Part shown: one piece after another, positions 19,745 through 30,309 of the stretch
Layout of the letters: each line of letters starts with the position of its first letter
How positions within the stretch are numbered: position 1 is the first letter of the stretch
Assembly (NCBI GenBank): GCA_946611635.1
Contig: CAMODW010000003.1
Location: 2,364 to 66,363, forward strand
DNA from: an uncultured Bacillota bacterium
Lineage (GTDB): Bacteria > Bacillota_I > Bacilli_A > RF39 > UBA660
DNA: 64,000 bases
Direction: 5' to 3'
The notes under the pieces: generated by a model
Database searches by the model: none
What the model saw: the letters and a program-made list of their open reading frames with translations, nothing else
Told to the model about the DNA's origin: nothing
Position numbers and translations under genes: made by a program

Positions 19745-20263
19745 ATGAAGAAATTAAAAAGGATTTATACTGAGCATAGGGTTTTTGCTATTTTAATGGC
19801 ATTAGTTATTGTATGTTTTGTTTTAATAGGAACAGTACTAATACAATGTTTCTATGTTGGTGGTAGTAAAGATAAGTATGGAAATAGATTGGATGGAATA
19901 AATAAAGTTGCTTTGAAGAGTAGTTTTATTAAAGATACTGAAAGTAAATTGTTATCTGAAGAAATAGTTAAAAAGGCGGAGATAATAGTTACAGGAAAAA
20001 TAGTTTATATATCAATGGGATTTAACGCTCCAGCAGCGTTAGTTGATGCTCAAAGTATGGCTCAAAAATCTTTAGAATACTTTTCAGATGAAGAAAAGGC
20101 TTTTTATGATTTTAATTTCACTTTAAGAGAAGATAAAACAGAGGCTTCTGAGGGTTTTTTAATTAGTGGTTATAAAAATTCTAATGGTTCTGGTCTTGTT
20201 TGGAATAATAATAATCCAGTTACTGAAGAAAATGAATCTACAGAGAAAAGTGATGGAGAGTAG
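19745..20263 (+). CDS. Hypothetical membrane-anchored protein
   Basis: ATG at 19745 follows AGAGGTGG. One TM helix. 5-nt gap to the next ORF. Confidence 0.6.
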   Translation: MKKLKRIYTEHRVFAILMALVIVCFVLIGTVLIQCFYVGGSKDKYGNRLDGINKVALKSSFIKDTESKLLSEEIVKKAEIIVTGKIVYISMGFNAPAALVDAQSMAQKSLEYFSDEEKAFYDFNFTLREDKTEASEGFLISGYKNSNGSGLVWNNNNPVTEENESTEKSDGE

Positions 20264-20268
20264 TTATT

Positions 20269-22326
20269 ATGACAAATGAAAAAAAGAAAGTTTTATTAAT
20301 AGTATTAATACTGGTTTCTATATTTTCGGTTGTAGCTGTTGGAACCTATTTAATATTACATGATGATAATAAGTTGGATGTAAAGGAAAAAGAATGGATT
20401 GCCGATAATACTAATAATGTACAAAATGTGTATGTTGTTAATGATATTGATATTTTAGCTAAAAATGGATCAGGAGTTATATTTGATTTCTTGGATATGC
20501 TAAAAAAAGAATATGGTTTAGATATAAATCCAATTACTTATAATTCTGGGGAGCAAGTTGGAGATAGAGCGTTTAAATTAACTACAGAAGTTGCTAAAAA
20601 TCAGACAGAAATATATAAAGAACATTATGTTTTAATTAGTAAAAGTCTTAATTCTATTGAATCTTTAAAACAATTAAATAATATTAATGTTGGAGTTGTT
20701 ATAAACGATGAGAAAAGTGTTAATAATTATTTAAATGGAGCTAACATAGTAATTAAGTCTTATGAAACTCCAACTAAGCTTTTTGAAGCTTTGGAACTAA
20801 GTCAAGATATTACATATGCTATTGTTCCTTTAGAAGAGAATTTATCTTCAATACTTACTTCAAATTATTATATAGATTATCATATTAGTGATTTAAATAA
20901 ATATCTTGTTTATGAACAAAAAGAAGGGGATTTATTTAGTTCTATTGTTTCTAAGTATTTTGCTAAATTTAAAGACGATGATTTATTAAATTCATATAAT
21001 AAAAATGAATTAGATGCTTTTTTAAGTGCTTTATCGGTTTCTGATAAAGACTTAAAAAAGATACAAGGAAAGACTTATCAATATGGATTTTTAAATAATA
21101 GTCCATATGAAATACTAACTAGTGGTACATATGGAGGTATAGTTAGTGAGTATTTGTCTCGTTTTGGTGCTTTTAGTGGAACAGAGTTTAATTTTACTAG
21201 ATATAAGAATTTTAATAAGTTTACTGAAGCTGTAGCTAATAATAAAATAGATTTGTATTATAATTATTATAATATTACTACTGAATATAATAGAGTTGAT
21301 TCTTTAGATTATATTTCGTTTGTTGTTGTTGCTCCTGAAGAGGATAGCTTAGTTATTAATTCTGTTGGTGCTTTGGGCAATACTCCTATATATGTTTTAA
21401 AAGATAGTATTCTAGAAAAGTATTTAGATGAGTTTGGTGGTTTAAAAGTTAAGGTATATGAAAATACTAGGGATTTAAAAAGAATTGCTAATAAAGGTTA
21501 TGTAATAGCAATTGATAAATTAAGTTTCGAATATTATAATAAGGATTTTTTATCAGGATATAATATTAGATATGAAAATGTGCTAAATGATACTTATAAT
21601 TTCTATGTAAAAAAAGATAATGAAATATTTGAGTTATTATATGCTAAGTATATTAATCTATTAGATCCAAAAGAAATTAGAGTTAAAGGATTATATAATC
21701 ATTCTTTGACTGTTAAGTCTGGTACTATAATTGGCCAAATTGCTAGATATGCTTTAATAATAATATTTGCTATTGTTGTATTCTTATTAATACTTTATAA
21801 ATCCACTAAGAAGGTAAAAATTGCTAAAAAAATAAAGAAAGAAGATAAGCTTAAATATATAGATCAACTTACTTCTCTAAAAAATAGAAATTATTTAAAT
21901 GATAGCCTTCCTGGATGGAATAAGAATTCTATTTATCCTCAGGCTACAATAGTTATTGATCTTAATAGAATTCAAGATATTAATGATACTGATGGCTATG
22001 ATAGTGGAGATAAGCAAATTAAAGCTGCTGCTAATGTATTAGTTAGAACTCAGTTGGATAATTCAGATATTATAAGAACAGATGGAAATGAGTTTTTATT
22101 ATATTTAGTTGGTTATTCTGAAAAACAAGTTGTTAGTTATATTAGAAAATTAAATAAAGAGTTTAAAAAATTGCCATATGAATATGGTGCAGCTATTGGA
22201 TATAGTATGGTTCTTAATGAAGCTAAAACTCTTGAAGATGCTATAAATGAATCTGTTGATGATATGAAGAATAAGAAGAATGAACAGGTTTTTGCTGGAG
22301 AAAAAGCTGATGAAAAAGAAAGCTAA
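20269..22326 (+). CDS. Membrane sensor: extracytoplasmic solute-binding-like region, TM helix, degenerate GGDEF domain
   Basis: C-terminal domain has the GGDEF-domain layout (LTSLKNRNYL...), but the signature reads RTDGNEF instead of GGDEF/GGEEF. Confidence 0.7.
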   Translation: MTNEKKKVLLIVLILVSIFSVVAVGTYLILHDDNKLDVKEKEWIADNTNNVQNVYVVNDIDILAKNGSGVIFDFLDMLKKEYGLDINPITYNSGEQVGDRAFKLTTEVAKNQTEIYKEHYVLISKSLNSIESLKQLNNINVGVVINDEKSVNNYLNGANIVIKSYETPTKLFEALELSQDITYAIVPLEENLSSILTSNYYIDYHISDLNKYLVYEQKEGDLFSSIVSKYFAKFKDDDLLNSYNKNELDAFLSALSVSDKDLKKIQGKTYQYGFLNNSPYEILTSGTYGGIVSEYLSRFGAFSGTEFNFTRYKNFNKFTEAVANNKIDLYYNYYNITTEYNRVDSLDYISFVVVAPEEDSLVINSVGALGNTPIYVLKDSILEKYLDEFGGLKVKVYENTRDLKRIANKGYVIAIDKLSFEYYNKDFLSGYNIRYENVLNDTYNFYVKKDNEIFELLYAKYINLLDPKEIRVKGLYNHSLTVKSGTIIGQIARYALIIIFAIVVFLLILYKSTKKVKIAKKIKKEDKLKYIDQLTSLKNRNYLNDSLPGWNKNSIYPQATIVIDLNRIQDINDTDGYDSGDKQIKAAANVLVRTQLDNSDIIRTDGNEFLLYLVGYSEKQVVSYIRKLNKEFKKLPYEYGAAIGYSMVLNEAKTLEDAINESVDDMKNKKNEQVFAGEKADEKES

Positions 22327-23263
22327 AAAAAGAGGAAAATTTTTTCGAAGGTTTGCAGCTTCTATTACAAGACCAGAGATGCTTGTCTTGCCAGGTCAGA
22401 TTGCTTTCTTTTTGTTTTTATCGATTGTTCCAACAATTACTTTAATTAGTTATGTTAGTATGTATTTAAATATTTCTAATGCATTAATTAATAAGGTTAT
22501 TGGTAGTGCAATAGGTGATAATTATGCAAGTATGCTTGTACCTATTATAAATTCTACTAAGATTACCCCTTCTTTCTTTATTTCGCTTGGAGTTGGCTAT
22601 TTTATTGCTTCAAATGGAATGAGCTCTATGATAGTTGCGTCTAATATGATATATGGTATAAGTGATTCAGGATTTGTAAAAAGAAGATTTAAAGCGATAA
22701 TAATGGAAATAGTTATAGTTTTATTATTCTTATTCGTATTATTTGTACCTTTACTTGGTAATAATATTATTAATTTTTTACATTATTTGAATTTAGATGT
22801 AGAAACGACGGAATTAGTTGTAGGAATTTTAAGATTCTTAAAAGGACCTTTTTCATGGTTGGTAATATTTATCTTTGTTAAATTATTATATACTATGGCT
22901 CCTGATAAAAGAATACCTAGTAGGAGGGTTAATTTTGGAGCTATGTTTACTTGCCTAGGATGGGTAGTAGGAACATTTATTTATTCTTTCTATATTAATA
23001 ATTATGCTAATTATTCCTTGTTCTATGGAACATTAGCTAACTTGGTTGTATTGATGGTATGGATATACTTTCTATCTTATATATTTGTTATTGGTTTAGC
23101 TATGAATTATCATGAAGAATTAGAGGTGACAGGGGTTATAGATGTAATGAAGATTATTGAAGAAAGTGCTAATAGTGCTCCTGTTTTACCTGAGGAAAAA
23201 AAAGAAGATAGAAAAACTAAAAAAAGTGTAATAAAAGATAACAAAAAGAATGGTTTACATTAA
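22310..23263 (+). CDS. YihY/BrkB-family membrane protein
   Basis: Multi-pass membrane protein with the family-typical LPGQIAFFLFLSIVP segment. Start chosen at the internal ATG overlapping the upstream stop. Confidence 0.65.
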   Translation: MKKKAKKRGKFFRRFAASITRPEMLVLPGQIAFFLFLSIVPTITLISYVSMYLNISNALINKVIGSAIGDNYASMLVPIINSTKITPSFFISLGVGYFIASNGMSSMIVASNMIYGISDSGFVKRRFKAIIMEIVIVLLFLFVLFVPLLGNNIINFLHYLNLDVETTELVVGILRFLKGPFSWLVIFIFVKLLYTMAPDKRIPSRRVNFGAMFTCLGWVVGTFIYSFYINNYANYSLFYGTLANLVVLMVWIYFLSYIFVIGLAMNYHEELEVTGVIDVMKIIEESANSAPVLPEEKKEDRKTKKSVIKDNKKNGLH

Positions 23264-23327
23264 ACTATTCTTTTTTTGTTGAAATTTATTTAAGATTGTG
23301 ATATTTCTATTGTAGAGGGTGATAATA

Positions 23328-23738
23328 ATGGATTATGATGAAATATATAAAGATGATATAGATAGAAAATGGTTTTATTCGGATTATCCTGGAAATAAGT
23401 TGGTTGTTGGAAAGATAGGTTTAAAAAATGCAATGGCAAGAATGAATAAGAACGAGTATTATGCTTTAGTTACTTATAATGAAGGTGAAACATTGCCTGA
23501 GTATTATGTACCATATGATGGACTTAGTAGTGATGATGGTACTTTGTTTGCTACTATAAATCCTGATGTTCGTGTATCTAGTATATGTCGTAATGGTGGT
23601 ATACAAATGATTTCTAGATTAGGAAGACCAGATGAAAGCATTCGATATCTTTTGGGACCAGGGCCAGAAAAAGTGTATTTGGATGATTTAATACAAGAAC
23701 AATATGATGCTTGTTATGGAAATAAAATGAGTATGTAG
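23328..23738 (+). CDS. Hypothetical protein
   Basis: ORF with GAGGGTG upstream of the ATG at 23328. No recognisable motif. Confidence 0.5.
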   Translation: MDYDEIYKDDIDRKWFYSDYPGNKLVVGKIGLKNAMARMNKNEYYALVTYNEGETLPEYYVPYDGLSSDDGTLFATINPDVRVSSICRNGGIQMISRLGRPDESIRYLLGPGPEKVYLDDLIQEQYDACYGNKMSM

Positions 23739-23811
23739 AAAAAAGTAATTATTTATATTTATAATTACTTTTTTTAATGTTTTGTTGTTATAATAGTAAT
23801 TGGTGATTGAA

Positions 23812-25965
23812 ATGGATGAGGTTATAAAGTATTTAGTTATAAATTTAAATTTGAAAGAAGAACAAATAAAGACAGTTTTAGATATGCTTGCTGAAGGAGC
23901 TACTATTCCTTTTATAGCAAGATATAGAAAAGATAAGACTGGTAATCTTAATGAAGATCAAATAAGAGCAATTGAAGAGCAATATCGTTATCAAAAGAAT
24001 CTATTAGAGAAAAAAGAAGATGTAATAAGGCTTATAGATGAAAAAGGAATGCTTACTGATGAAATAAGAGAAGCTGTTATGAAATGTACTAAACTAACGG
24101 AAGTTGAAGATGTATATAGACCTTATAAGGAGAAAAAGAAAACTAAAGCTTCAGAAGCTATAAAAAATGGTCTAGAACCTTTAGCAAAGATGATAATGTC
24201 TTTTCCTGTTAGGGGTAGTTTAGAAGAAATGGCTACTAAGTTTATAAATGAAAATGTTAAAGATACAAATGCAGCTATAGAAGGTGCTGGTTATATAATT
24301 GCTGAATGGATAAGTGATAATGCAGCTTATAGAAAATGGATTAGAAATAATGTTTATATGAATGGTAATATATCTTCGAAAGTAAAAAAGAATGCAGAAG
24401 ATGATAAAAAATTATATGAAATGTATTATGATTTTACAGATAGAGTAAGATATATTAAACATTATAGAGTTTTAGCTTTAAATAGAGGGGAAAAAGAAAA
24501 AATATTATCGGTAAGTATAGATATGGATAATGATGCTATACAAAGTTATTTGGAAAGTAAACTAATAAAGAATAACGATTCTTTTGTTGTAGATTTAGTA
24601 AAGAATAGTATTAAAGATTCTCTTAAGAGATTGATACTTCCTAGTATTGAAAGAGAAATAAGAAGTGAACTTACAGAAAAAGCAGACAAGTTAGCTATAG
24701 ATACTTTTGGAGTTAATTTAGAACATTTACTACTAACTAGACCGTTAAAAGGTTATAGAGTATTAGGATTTGATCCTGGATATGTTAATGGTTGTAAACT
24801 TGCTGTCGTATCAGAGAATGGTGCTTATTTAGATTCAACAGTTATTAAGCCTTTCTTAAACGGAAGTAAACAAGAAGAATATATTAAAGCTAGTAAATTG
24901 ATAGTTAAAAATCTAATTGAAAAATATAAGATAGATATTATTGCTATTGGTAATGGTACGGCTTCAAGAGAATCAGAAAAATTCTGTGCAGAGATGATAC
25001 AAGAATACAAATTACCATGTAAGTATGTAATTGTATCAGAAGCAGGAGCTTCAATATATAGTGCGTCTAAATTGGCTATAGAAGAGTTTCCTGACCTAGA
25101 AGTAGAGAAAAGAAGTGCTGTAAGTATTGCGAGAAGATTACAAGATCCATTATCAGAATTAGTTAAAATAGATCCTAAATCTATTGGTGTTGGAGAATAT
25201 CAATATGATGTTAATCAAAAAGAATTAGGTGAAGCTTTAGATTTTACTACTACTAAAGTAGTAAATGAAGTAGGAGTAAATGTTAATACGGCTTCTAAAA
25301 GTATATTAAAATATGTATCAGGGCTAACTAAGTCAGTAATAGATAAAATATATGATTATAAAGAAAAGAATAAGATAACTTCTAGAGAAGAAATAAAAAA
25401 GATTAAGGGTGTTAGTGATAAAGTATATGAACAATCTATAGGTTTTTTAAGAATACCTGATGGAATTAATCCTTATGATAAAACAGGCATTCATCCTGAG
25501 AGTTATGAATTGACATCTAAATTATTAGAAAAACTAAATTTAAATATAAAAGATATAAATGAAGAAAGTTTTAAAGAGACTTTAAAAAAACAAGTACCAG
25601 TTAAACTATCAGAGGAACTTAATAGTGATATATATACAGTTCAAGATATAATAAAAGAGTTATTAAATCCTGGATTAGATCCCCGTGATACTTTAGAAGC
25701 CCCAATCTTAAAAAGTGATGTTTTACACATAGAAGATTTAAAAGTAGGTATGGAGTTACAAGGGACTGTACGTAATGTGGCATCATTTGGTGCTTTTGTA
25801 GATATCGGTTTGCATGATGATGGTTTGGTTCATATTTCTAAGATGAGCAAGTCTTTTGTTAAGAATCCTAATGATATAGTTAATGTAGGAGATATAGTAA
25901 CAGTTTATGTCGATGATATAGATTTAGTTAAACAAAAAGTACAGTTAAGTTTAATTAAAAATTAA
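23812..25965 (+). CDS. tex: Tex-family transcription accessory protein (YqgF/HhH/S1 domains)
   Basis: IPFIARYRKD N-terminal motif. C-terminal S1 domain (GTVRNVASFGAFVDIG...DGLVHISK). Confidence 0.9.
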   Translation: MDEVIKYLVINLNLKEEQIKTVLDMLAEGATIPFIARYRKDKTGNLNEDQIRAIEEQYRYQKNLLEKKEDVIRLIDEKGMLTDEIREAVMKCTKLTEVEDVYRPYKEKKKTKASEAIKNGLEPLAKMIMSFPVRGSLEEMATKFINENVKDTNAAIEGAGYIIAEWISDNAAYRKWIRNNVYMNGNISSKVKKNAEDDKKLYEMYYDFTDRVRYIKHYRVLALNRGEKEKILSVSIDMDNDAIQSYLESKLIKNNDSFVVDLVKNSIKDSLKRLILPSIEREIRSELTEKADKLAIDTFGVNLEHLLLTRPLKGYRVLGFDPGYVNGCKLAVVSENGAYLDSTVIKPFLNGSKQEEYIKASKLIVKNLIEKYKIDIIAIGNGTASRESEKFCAEMIQEYKLPCKYVIVSEAGASIYSASKLAIEEFPDLEVEKRSAVSIARRLQDPLSELVKIDPKSIGVGEYQYDVNQKELGEALDFTTTKVVNEVGVNVNTASKSILKYVSGLTKSVIDKIYDYKEKNKITSREEIKKIKGVSDKVYEQSIGFLRIPDGINPYDKTGIHPESYELTSKLLEKLNLNIKDINEESFKETLKKQVPVKLSEELNSDIYTVQDIIKELLNPGLDPRDTLEAPILKSDVLHIEDLKVGMELQGTVRNVASFGAFVDIGLHDDGLVHISKMSKSFVKNPNDIVNVGDIVTVYVDDIDLVKQKVQLSLIKN

Positions 25966-25983
25966 AAGGAATTAATCTAATGA

Positions 25984-26415
25984 TTAACTCCTTTTCTTTT
26001 TAGTATTTCTTTTAAAAATAAAATGTAATATTATACCAATTAAAACTCCAAGTAGAGTGTTAAATAAAAGCATGTCTCTATAAAAAGTCATCCAAATAAT
26101 AGAACTTTCTGTATGATTTTTTCTTGCCCAATTAGCAACTACTTGGTATTTATTAGAGTATCTTTCTTCTAGTTTATCAAAGTCATTTACCCAATGGTCT
26201 TCGTAGTTGTTAGCGTCTTCTGTTATATCATTTTTCCAATCTTTTTCACAATACTTTTTATCTTTTATACAATCATTAACCATATTTAACCATTTTTGAT
26301 TTTCATTTATACCTAAACATGAATGAACTAAGATGGCAATTGAAGTAAGAGCTAGTGTAATAGTAGTAGTTATTAGTATGCTTTTTATTATACTTTTTTT
26401 CATGATTGTTTTCAT
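25984..26415 (-). CDS. Hypothetical membrane protein
   Basis: 143 aa with N- and C-terminal hydrophobic segments. Confidence 0.5.
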   Translation of the reverse strand: MKTIMKKSIIKSILITTTITLALTSIAILVHSCLGINENQKWLNMVNDCIKDKKYCEKDWKNDITEDANNYEDHWVNDFDKLEERYSNKYQVVANWARKNHTESSIIWMTFYRDMLLFNTLLGVLIGIILHFIFKRNTKKKRS

Positions 26416-26533
26416 CTTATCACCTCTAATCTAATTTTAGCACTATAATGATACATGTATATCTTTTTATAATTTGTTATTTGTAAATTAGTGTATATAA
26501 AATAACTTCTATTAATGGTATAATATTATATAG

Positions 26534-28483
26534 TTGGTGATTAGTGTGAAAAATAAGATTAACCCTTTTATTATATTTAGTATTATTTTAATATATTTTG
26601 AATTAGTTATTAAATATGTGATGTTAAAAAAAATAATTGATTTTGGATTTATATACTTGTTAATATTTTTACTTCCTGTATGTTTGTTACTAACTTTGTT
26701 GACTAAAAGTTTTGGGAAAAAAATCAATAAAGTAATGATGTATTTAGTAATAATATTTTTAACAATTTTTTTTGAAGTACAATTAATATTTTTTAAGTTG
26801 TTTTCTTTACCATTTTCATTTTCTACAATTGGTTTAGCCGATCAAGCTTTAGATTTTGTAAATATAGTTAAAGATTCTATTGTTACTAATATTGTTCCAT
26901 TTTCATTGTTGTTATTACCAATATTAGTATTAATAATTCTTAATATATTTAAAATGGTTAATTATGATAAGTATTCTAAAGCTTCGATTCTTTCTTTGTT
27001 CTTAATGTTTATAACTTCATATCTAGTATCTTTTGTATATTTGTTGCCAGATATGGGACATAATTCTTCTGTTTATAAATTATATTTTAAGATTGATGAT
27101 GCTGGCTCTATTATTGATAACTTTGGTATGATTAATTATGCAAAGATTGATATTAAAAGACAATTAATGGGTTATGAGAATGAAATAAATATAGAGAATA
27201 CTAAAGCTGTAGAAAATACTAAAAAGAAAGATGAAGTAGAAGAAATTGTTTATAAAGATAATGTTTTAAATTTAAATTTTGAAGATAGTAGTAATAAAGA
27301 TATTAATAGTTTAAATGAATATTTTAAAAATGCAACACCTAGTAAACAAAACGAATATACAGGTATGTTTAAAGGTAAAAATCTTATCTTTATTTTAGCA
27401 GAAGGGTATAATGAAGTGGCTTTGGATAAAGATAGGACTCCAACTTTGTATAAAATGATAAATGAAGGGTTTAATTTTACTAATTTTTATTCTCCAGTAT
27501 TTTTGAGTACGACTGGTGGAGAATTTCAAGCAACTACGGGTTTGATACCAACTCAGGAAACATTAAAATTATGGAAGCAAAAACAACCTAAAGTGTCTTT
27601 TGCTCTTGGTAATACATTTAGTAAAATAGGTTATAGGGCTTATAGTTTTCATGATTGGACTTATACATATTATAAGAGAAATATTACTATGAATACTTTA
27701 GGATTTAGTAATTATATGGGTATTGGTAATGGCTTAGAGAAAAGAATACGCTCAAATTGGTTGCCTAGTGATACTGATATGATGAATGCAACAACTCCTG
27801 ATTATTTGGGACAGGATGGTAATTTTGTTACCTATTATGTAACAGTAAGTGGTCATTCTCCTTATAATGGAAGTGATAATATTGCTAAACAATATTTAGA
27901 TCAAATTGATTCTTCATTACCTTCTCAAGCAAGATATTATTTAGCTTCACAAATGGAGCTTGATAAAGCTTTAGAGGCATTAATTAATAATTTAAAAGAG
28001 TCTGGAGAATTGGATAATACAGTAATAGCTATGGTAGGTGATCATTATCCATATACACTTACTATTGATGAAATGAATTCTATGTCTAGTTATACTAAAG
28101 ATGAAATAGTTGAAGTAAATAGAAGTAATTTCTTCCTATGGAGCAGTAGTATGGAAAAACCTATTACAATAGATAAAGTAGGAAGTCAGATAGATGTGTT
28201 GCCAACTTTGTTAAATTTATTCGGAGCAGAATATGATTCTAGATTAATAGTCGGTAAAGACATACTAAGTGATTATCCAGGAATTGCAATTTTTTCTAAT
28301 AGAAGTTGGGTAAGTGATTATGGAACATATTTCTCAGGAGGAAAATTTATTCTTAAAGATGGTAAAAATTTAGATAATCAAGAAGAATATATAAAAGAAA
28401 TGAATAATAGGGTGGCTAATGGATTTAGTATTAGTAAAATGTTAATGAATAGTAATTATTATGATGTTATTACGAAAGAATAG
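26534..28483 (+). CDS. LTA synthase / sulfatase-family membrane enzyme (LtaS-like)
   Basis: Five or so N-terminal TM helices, then an alkaline-phosphatase-superfamily domain (ILAEGYNE, STTGGEFQATTG, VSGHSPY, GDHYPY). Start codon uncertain (GTG 26534 or 26546). Confidence 0.75.
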   Translation: MVISVKNKINPFIIFSIILIYFELVIKYVMLKKIIDFGFIYLLIFLLPVCLLLTLLTKSFGKKINKVMMYLVIIFLTIFFEVQLIFFKLFSLPFSFSTIGLADQALDFVNIVKDSIVTNIVPFSLLLLPILVLIILNIFKMVNYDKYSKASILSLFLMFITSYLVSFVYLLPDMGHNSSVYKLYFKIDDAGSIIDNFGMINYAKIDIKRQLMGYENEINIENTKAVENTKKKDEVEEIVYKDNVLNLNFEDSSNKDINSLNEYFKNATPSKQNEYTGMFKGKNLIFILAEGYNEVALDKDRTPTLYKMINEGFNFTNFYSPVFLSTTGGEFQATTGLIPTQETLKLWKQKQPKVSFALGNTFSKIGYRAYSFHDWTYTYYKRNITMNTLGFSNYMGIGNGLEKRIRSNWLPSDTDMMNATTPDYLGQDGNFVTYYVTVSGHSPYNGSDNIAKQYLDQIDSSLPSQARYYLASQMELDKALEALINNLKESGELDNTVIAMVGDHYPYTLTIDEMNSMSSYTKDEIVEVNRSNFFLWSSSMEKPITIDKVGSQIDVLPTLLNLFGAEYDSRLIVGKDILSDYPGIAIFSNRSWVSDYGTYFSGGKFILKDGKNLDNQEEYIKEMNNRVANGFSISKMLMNSNYYDVITKE

Positions 28484-28491
28484 GTGATATT

Positions 28492-30300
28492 ATGTGTGGA
28501 ATTGCTGGATATATATCTTCAAAAAAACCTAGTAAGAAAATACTAAAAGCTATGACTGATAGGATAGCTCATAGAGGTCCTGATGCTGAAGGTTTTTATT
28601 TAGATGACAATTGTGCTTTGGGTCATAGAAGATTATCAATTATTGATTTAGCTACTGGGAATCAACCTATGTATAATGAGAATAAAACAATTGTTATTGT
28701 ATTCAATGGAGAAATATATAATTATAAAGAATTAAAAAAAGAATTAGGAAGTAAGTATAAATTTCATACAACATCGGATACCGAAGTACTTTTGCATTGT
28801 TATGAAGAGTGGGGACATGATGTAACCAAGAAACTTAGAGGAATGTTTGCTTTTGGTATATGGGATACAAATAAAAAAGAACTATATTGTGCTAGAGATG
28901 GCTGGGGAATAAAACCATTTTATTATTATCAAAATAATGATACATTTATGTTTGCTTCAGAAATTAAGGCTTTCTTAGATCATCCGGATTTTAATAAAGA
29001 ATTTAATGAAGAAATACTAGCAGCATATTTGTGCTTTAATTCTACTCCTACTACAGAAACTTTCTTTAAGGGAGTTAAAAGATTAGAACCTGGGTATCAG
29101 CTTGTTTATAAAGATGGAGATATAAAACTGGATAGATTCTTTAAAATGGAATTTAAGAAGAGTAATAAAAAAATGAGTGATTTAGTTGATGATATTGATA
29201 AAGCTATGAGAGATTCTGTATTGCATCATAAAATAGCAGATGTAGAAGTTGGTTCTTTTCTTTCAAGTGGTATTGATTCTTCGTATTTAGTATCTCTTGC
29301 TAAACCAGATAAAACATATACAGTTGGTTATGATAATCCAAAATATGATGAAATATCTTATGCTAAGGATTTGTCTGATAAACTAGGTATTAATAATGTT
29401 TCTAAAAAGATTACTAAAGAAGAGTATATGAAAGCATTTCCTAATATAATGTATCATATGGATGAACCTTTAGCAGACCCATCAGCGATAGCTTTATATT
29501 TTGTAGCACAAATAGCGTCAAAAGATGTGAAAGTTGTTATGTCTGGAGAAGGGGCTGATGAGCTGTTTTGTGGATATAATACTTATCGCGAAGAAATTGA
29601 CCAAAGTTGGTATATGAAAATTCCTTTTTCTTTAAGGAAGCTAGCAGCTGGGTTAGCGGGATTATTCCCAGAGAAAAGAGGATTTAATTTTGTATATAGA
29701 AGAGGTAAAAGATTAGAAGATATAAATATTGGTTTGGGTAGAATATTTAGAGATGAAGAGGCTCAAAAGATAGTAAAAATAAAGAATCAAATTCATACAA
29801 AGGATATTGTTAAACCATTTTATGATGAATATTCTAATGATAGTAATTTAGTTAAGAGACAAGTTATTGATTATTATTTTTGGCTTGTTAGAGACTTTTT
29901 ACATGCTGTTGATAGAAATACTATGATGTTTGGTTTAGAAGCTAGGACTCCGTTCTTAGATAAAGAAGTATATGAAGTTGCTAGAAGGCTTCCTGATGAG
30001 GCTAAAATAGATAGTAAAACAACTAAGGTAGCTCTTAGAGAAGCTGCTAAAAGAGTAATACCGAATGAAGCTTATAAAAAGAAAAAATTAGGATTTCCAG
30101 TGCCTCTTAGAGAGTGGATTAGAGAAGACGATTTATATAATGATATAAAAGAGAAGTTTAATAGTAATATTGCAAAAAAATTCTTTGATATAAAAAGGAT
30201 TAATAAACTATTAGAAGATCATAAAAGTGGGAAAAAAGATTGCTATAAGAAAGTTTGGACTATATATTCTTTCTTGGTATGGTATAATCAATTTTTTTAA
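28492..30300 (+). CDS. asnB: Asparagine synthase (glutamine-hydrolysing) family amidotransferase
   Basis: MCGIAG N-terminal nucleophile and SGGIDSS-like PP-loop (LSSGIDSS). 602 aa. Confidence 0.85.
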   Translation: MCGIAGYISSKKPSKKILKAMTDRIAHRGPDAEGFYLDDNCALGHRRLSIIDLATGNQPMYNENKTIVIVFNGEIYNYKELKKELGSKYKFHTTSDTEVLLHCYEEWGHDVTKKLRGMFAFGIWDTNKKELYCARDGWGIKPFYYYQNNDTFMFASEIKAFLDHPDFNKEFNEEILAAYLCFNSTPTTETFFKGVKRLEPGYQLVYKDGDIKLDRFFKMEFKKSNKKMSDLVDDIDKAMRDSVLHHKIADVEVGSFLSSGIDSSYLVSLAKPDKTYTVGYDNPKYDEISYAKDLSDKLGINNVSKKITKEEYMKAFPNIMYHMDEPLADPSAIALYFVAQIASKDVKVVMSGEGADELFCGYNTYREEIDQSWYMKIPFSLRKLAAGLAGLFPEKRGFNFVYRRGKRLEDINIGLGRIFRDEEAQKIVKIKNQIHTKDIVKPFYDEYSNDSNLVKRQVIDYYFWLVRDFLHAVDRNTMMFGLEARTPFLDKEVYEVARRLPDEAKIDSKTTKVALREAAKRVIPNEAYKKKKLGFPVPLREWIREDDLYNDIKEKFNSNIAKKFFDIKRINKLLEDHKSGKKDCYKKVWTIYSFLVWYNQFF

Positions 30301-30309
30301 GGTGATTAA

